This document shows positions 61,605-64,000 of a stretch of 64,000 nucleotides of DNA, one piece after another. Each line of letters opens with the position of its first letter. Position 1 is the first letter of the stretch. This stretch comes from Vulcanimicrobiota bacterium (lineage in GTDB: Bacteria > Vulcanimicrobiota > Vulcanimicrobiia > Vulcanimicrobiales > Vulcanimicrobiaceae). The stretch spans positions 1,888,001 through 1,952,000 of the forward strand of contig OY968762.1 in the NCBI GenBank assembly GCA_963695225.1, given 5' to 3'. The position numbers and the translations under genes were made by a program. The notes beneath the pieces are model-generated. The model did not search any database. It was not told where the DNA came from and saw nothing but the letters and a program-made list of their open reading frames with translations.

Positions 61605-62456
61605 TCACCCCGCAAGCGCTTCGGCTCCGCCGACGATTTCCAAGATTTCTTTCGTGATCGAGGCCTGGCGGGCTTTGTTCATCTCGATCGTGAGCTGCTC
61701 GATCAACTTCGTGGCGTTGTCGGTCGCGTTGTTCATCGCCACGAGCTGGGCCGCGAAGAAGGCCGCATCCGTCTCTAGCATCGCGGAATAGATCGTGAAG
61801 TCGAGATACTTCGGCAAGAGGCGCGAGAGCACGGACTCGGGCGACGGCGCGAACTCGACGGAGCCCTTGTACTCAGCCTTCTCCGCGCGCTCGCCGACGA
61901 TCGGCACGATCTTGCGGACCTCGGGCTTCTGCGACATCATCGAGACGAGCTTCGGACTCACGAGGACGATCTCCGAGATCTTCCCGGCGACGAAATCGTC
62001 GCTGACCCGGGCCGAGACGGCGCGCGCCGTCGCGAGCTTGTCGCCCTGCGAGAGCGGCCAGTACTCGCTCGCCGCGCCCATGCGCTTGACGCCGTTGCGC
62101 GCCTTCGTGCCGATCGTATACCACGCGACGTTCGGCTGTTCGCGCCGGAGTTGCTCCGCTTGGCGCACGAGGTTCTCGTTGAAGGCGCCGCACAGCCCTT
62201 TGTCCGCCGTCATCAATACGATCCCCACGGGCGCCCCGGCGGCACCCGGTTTGAGGAACGGATGGTCGACGGTCCCGACGCTCTCCATCAGGTCGCGGAG
62301 CATCTCCGCGAGCTGATCGGCGTACGGACGCGACTGCTTCTGGAGGATCTCGGCACGCCGAATCTTCGCCGCGGCCACCTGCTTCATCGCTTTGGTGATC
62401 TGCTGCGTGTTCTTGAACGACTTGATCCGGTCCCGAAGGTCGCGAACGCTAGCCAC
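61605..62456 (-). CDS. atpG: F1 ATP synthase gamma subunit
   Basis: QITKAMK, DKGLCGAFN, NKARQASIT. Confidence 0.97.
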   Translation of the reverse strand: MASVRDLRDRIKSFKNTQQITKAMKQVAAAKIRRAEILQKQSRPYADQLAEMLRDLMESVGTVDHPFLKPGAAGAPVGIVLMTADKGLCGAFNENLVRQAEQLRREQPNVAWYTIGTKARNGVKRMGAASEYWPLSQGDKLATARAVSARVSDDFVAGKISEIVLVSPKLVSMMSQKPEVRKIVPIVGERAEKAEYKGSVEFAPSPESVLSRLLPKYLDFTIYSAMLETDAAFFAAQLVAMNNATDNATKLIEQLTIEMNKARQASITKEILEIVGGAEALAG

Positions 62457-62483
62457 GGGCGGCCTCTGAGCTGAGCGTACGCA

Positions 62484-63983
62484 TCAGAACGATCTGTTGA
62501 ACTCGACGATCGCAGCTTCGAGAAGCTTCGCCGTGTCGTCCGAGAGTTGCGAGGTCTTCGCCATCGCCGCGGGGACCGCGGCGTGCTTGTCGTGCAGGAA
62601 CGAGACGAAGCCGTTCGCCCATTCCTGGACGCGCGGCGTCGGCACGTTATCGAGGTGCCCCTTGCCGGCGGCGTAGATCACGGCGACCTGATCCTCGACC
62701 GGTTGCGGCGCGAGCTGCGGCTGCTTGAGGAGTTCCGTCATCTTCTCGCCGCGCGTGAGCTGAAGCTGCGTCGTCTTGTCGAGGTCCGATGAGAGCTTCG
62801 CGAACGCCGCGAGGGCGCGATACTGAGCGAGGTCGAGCTTGAGGCCGCCCGCGACGGAGCGCATCGCCTTGATCTGCGCCGAACCGCCGACGCGGCTGAC
62901 CGAGATGCCGACGTCGACGGCGGGGCGGACGCCCTGGAAGAAGAGGTCGCTCGTCAGGTAGATCTGCCCGTCCGTGATCGAGATCAGGTTCGTCGGGATG
63001 TACGCGGAGACGTCGCCGGCCTGCGTCTCGATGACGGGAAGCGCCGTGAGCGAGCCGCCGCCCTTGGCGTCGGAGAGTTTCGCCGCGCGCTCCAAGAGGC
63101 GGGAGTGCAGGAAGAAGATGTCGCCCGGATACGCTTCGCGCCCCGGCGGCCGGCGCAGCAGCAGCGATACTTCGCGGTAGGCCTGCGCGTGCTTCGTGAG
63201 ATCGTCGTAGATGATCAGGACGTCTTTGCCCTCGTACATCAAGTGCTCGCCCATAGCGCAGCCCGCGAACGGAGCGATGTACTTGAGCGCGGCGGGCTCC
63301 GCCGAGCTGACCGTGACGATCGTCGTGTACTCCATCGCGCCGTACTTCTCGAGCGTCTGCGCGAGCGCGGCGATCGTCGAGTTCTTCTGCCCGATCGCGA
63401 CGTAGATGCAGAAGACGTTCTTCCCCTTTTGGTTGACGATCGCGTCGAGCGCGATCGCCGTCTTCCCGGTCGCGCGGTCGCCGATGATCAACTCGCGCTG
63501 CCCCTTGCCGATCGGGATCAGCGAGTCGATCGCACGGATGCCGGTCTGGAGCGGCTGCTTGACGGGCTGGCGCTCGATGACCGTCGGGGCGGTATTCTCG
63601 ATCGTGCGGTACTGCTTCGAATCGATCGGACCTTTGCCGTCGACCGGCTGGCCGAGCGGATTGACGACGCGTCCCAGCAGCAAATCGCCGACCGGGACGG
63701 AGGCGATGCGGCCGGTCCGGCGGACCTTGTCGCCTTCCTTGATGTCGGTATCCGCGCCCATGATGACGACGCCGACGTTGTCCTCTTCGAGATTGAGGAC
63801 GATACCCTGAACGCCGTTCGGGAACTCGACGAGTTCCGATGCTTGGGCCGCTTCGAGTCCGTAGATGCGGGCGATGTTGTCGCCGACCTCGATCACGGTC
63901 CCGATCTGGTCCTCGTGCACCGAACTCTTGTAGTTCGCGATCTGTTGTTTGAGTATTCCGGCAATTTCGTCAGCGTTGATCAT
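62484..63983 (-). CDS. atpA: F1 ATP synthase alpha subunit
   Basis: [24 protein letters not shown]. Confidence 0.98.
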   Translation of the reverse strand: MINADEIAGILKQQIANYKSSVHEDQIGTVIEVGDNIARIYGLEAAQASELVEFPNGVQGIVLNLEEDNVGVVIMGADTDIKEGDKVRRTGRIASVPVGDLLLGRVVNPLGQPVDGKGPIDSKQYRTIENTAPTVIERQPVKQPLQTGIRAIDSLIPIGKGQRELIIGDRATGKTAIALDAIVNQKGKNVFCIYVAIGQKNSTIAALAQTLEKYGAMEYTTIVTVSSAEPAALKYIAPFAGCAMGEHLMYEGKDVLIIYDDLTKHAQAYREVSLLLRRPPGREAYPGDIFFLHSRLLERAAKLSDAKGGGSLTALPVIETQAGDVSAYIPTNLISITDGQIYLTSDLFFQGVRPAVDVGISVSRVGGSAQIKAMRSVAGGLKLDLAQYRALAAFAKLSSDLDKTTQLQLTRGEKMTELLKQPQLAPQPVEDQVAVIYAAGKGHLDNVPTPRVQEWANGFVSFLHDKHAAVPAAMAKTSQLSDDTAKLLEAAIVEFNRSF

Positions 63984-64000
63984 CGTGTCGTCCTTAGCAG

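Overview
GC-rich bacterial chromosome segment, mostly core and housekeeping genes. The mix of Firmicutes-like gene order (atp-murA-mreB; rarA-iscS-...-alaS; rsbV-rsbW-sigB) with a diderm marker (LptA/OstA-like) and many orphan solute-binding proteins suggests a diderm Terrabacteria lineage, possibly Eremiobacterota/Vulcanimicrobiota (inference only). Contents: pntAA-pntAB-pntB, an Lrp-kdd-kamA lysine-catabolism operon, a single-chain lipoyl-E2-E1 2-oxoglutarate dehydrogenase, HtrA, MFS/ABC exporters, Sco/PCuAC, LigD/Ku, serA plus a PspA-like phosphatase, a DEAD helicase, an SBP/CheA-like kinase/CheY trio, alaS, a SigB module, iscS, rarA, lptA, tsaC, mreB, murA, msrB and atpAGDC. One lower-GC accessory islet (~17070-21176) abuts the 3' end of tRNA-Leu(CAG). 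It carries an AbiEi/AbiEii type IV TA locus with two palindromic operators and a doubly damaged toxin, a truncated NHL-repeat/membrane gene, an unannotated 35-aa membrane peptide and a hairpin-rich non-coding stretch. Best novelty candidates: a ~110-nt rod-shaped RNA after pntB, the membrane-anchored CheW-less CheA-like system, the islet peptide and RNA structures, and the fully fused 2-oxoglutarate dehydrogenase. All calls come from motif recognition by eye; no searches were run.
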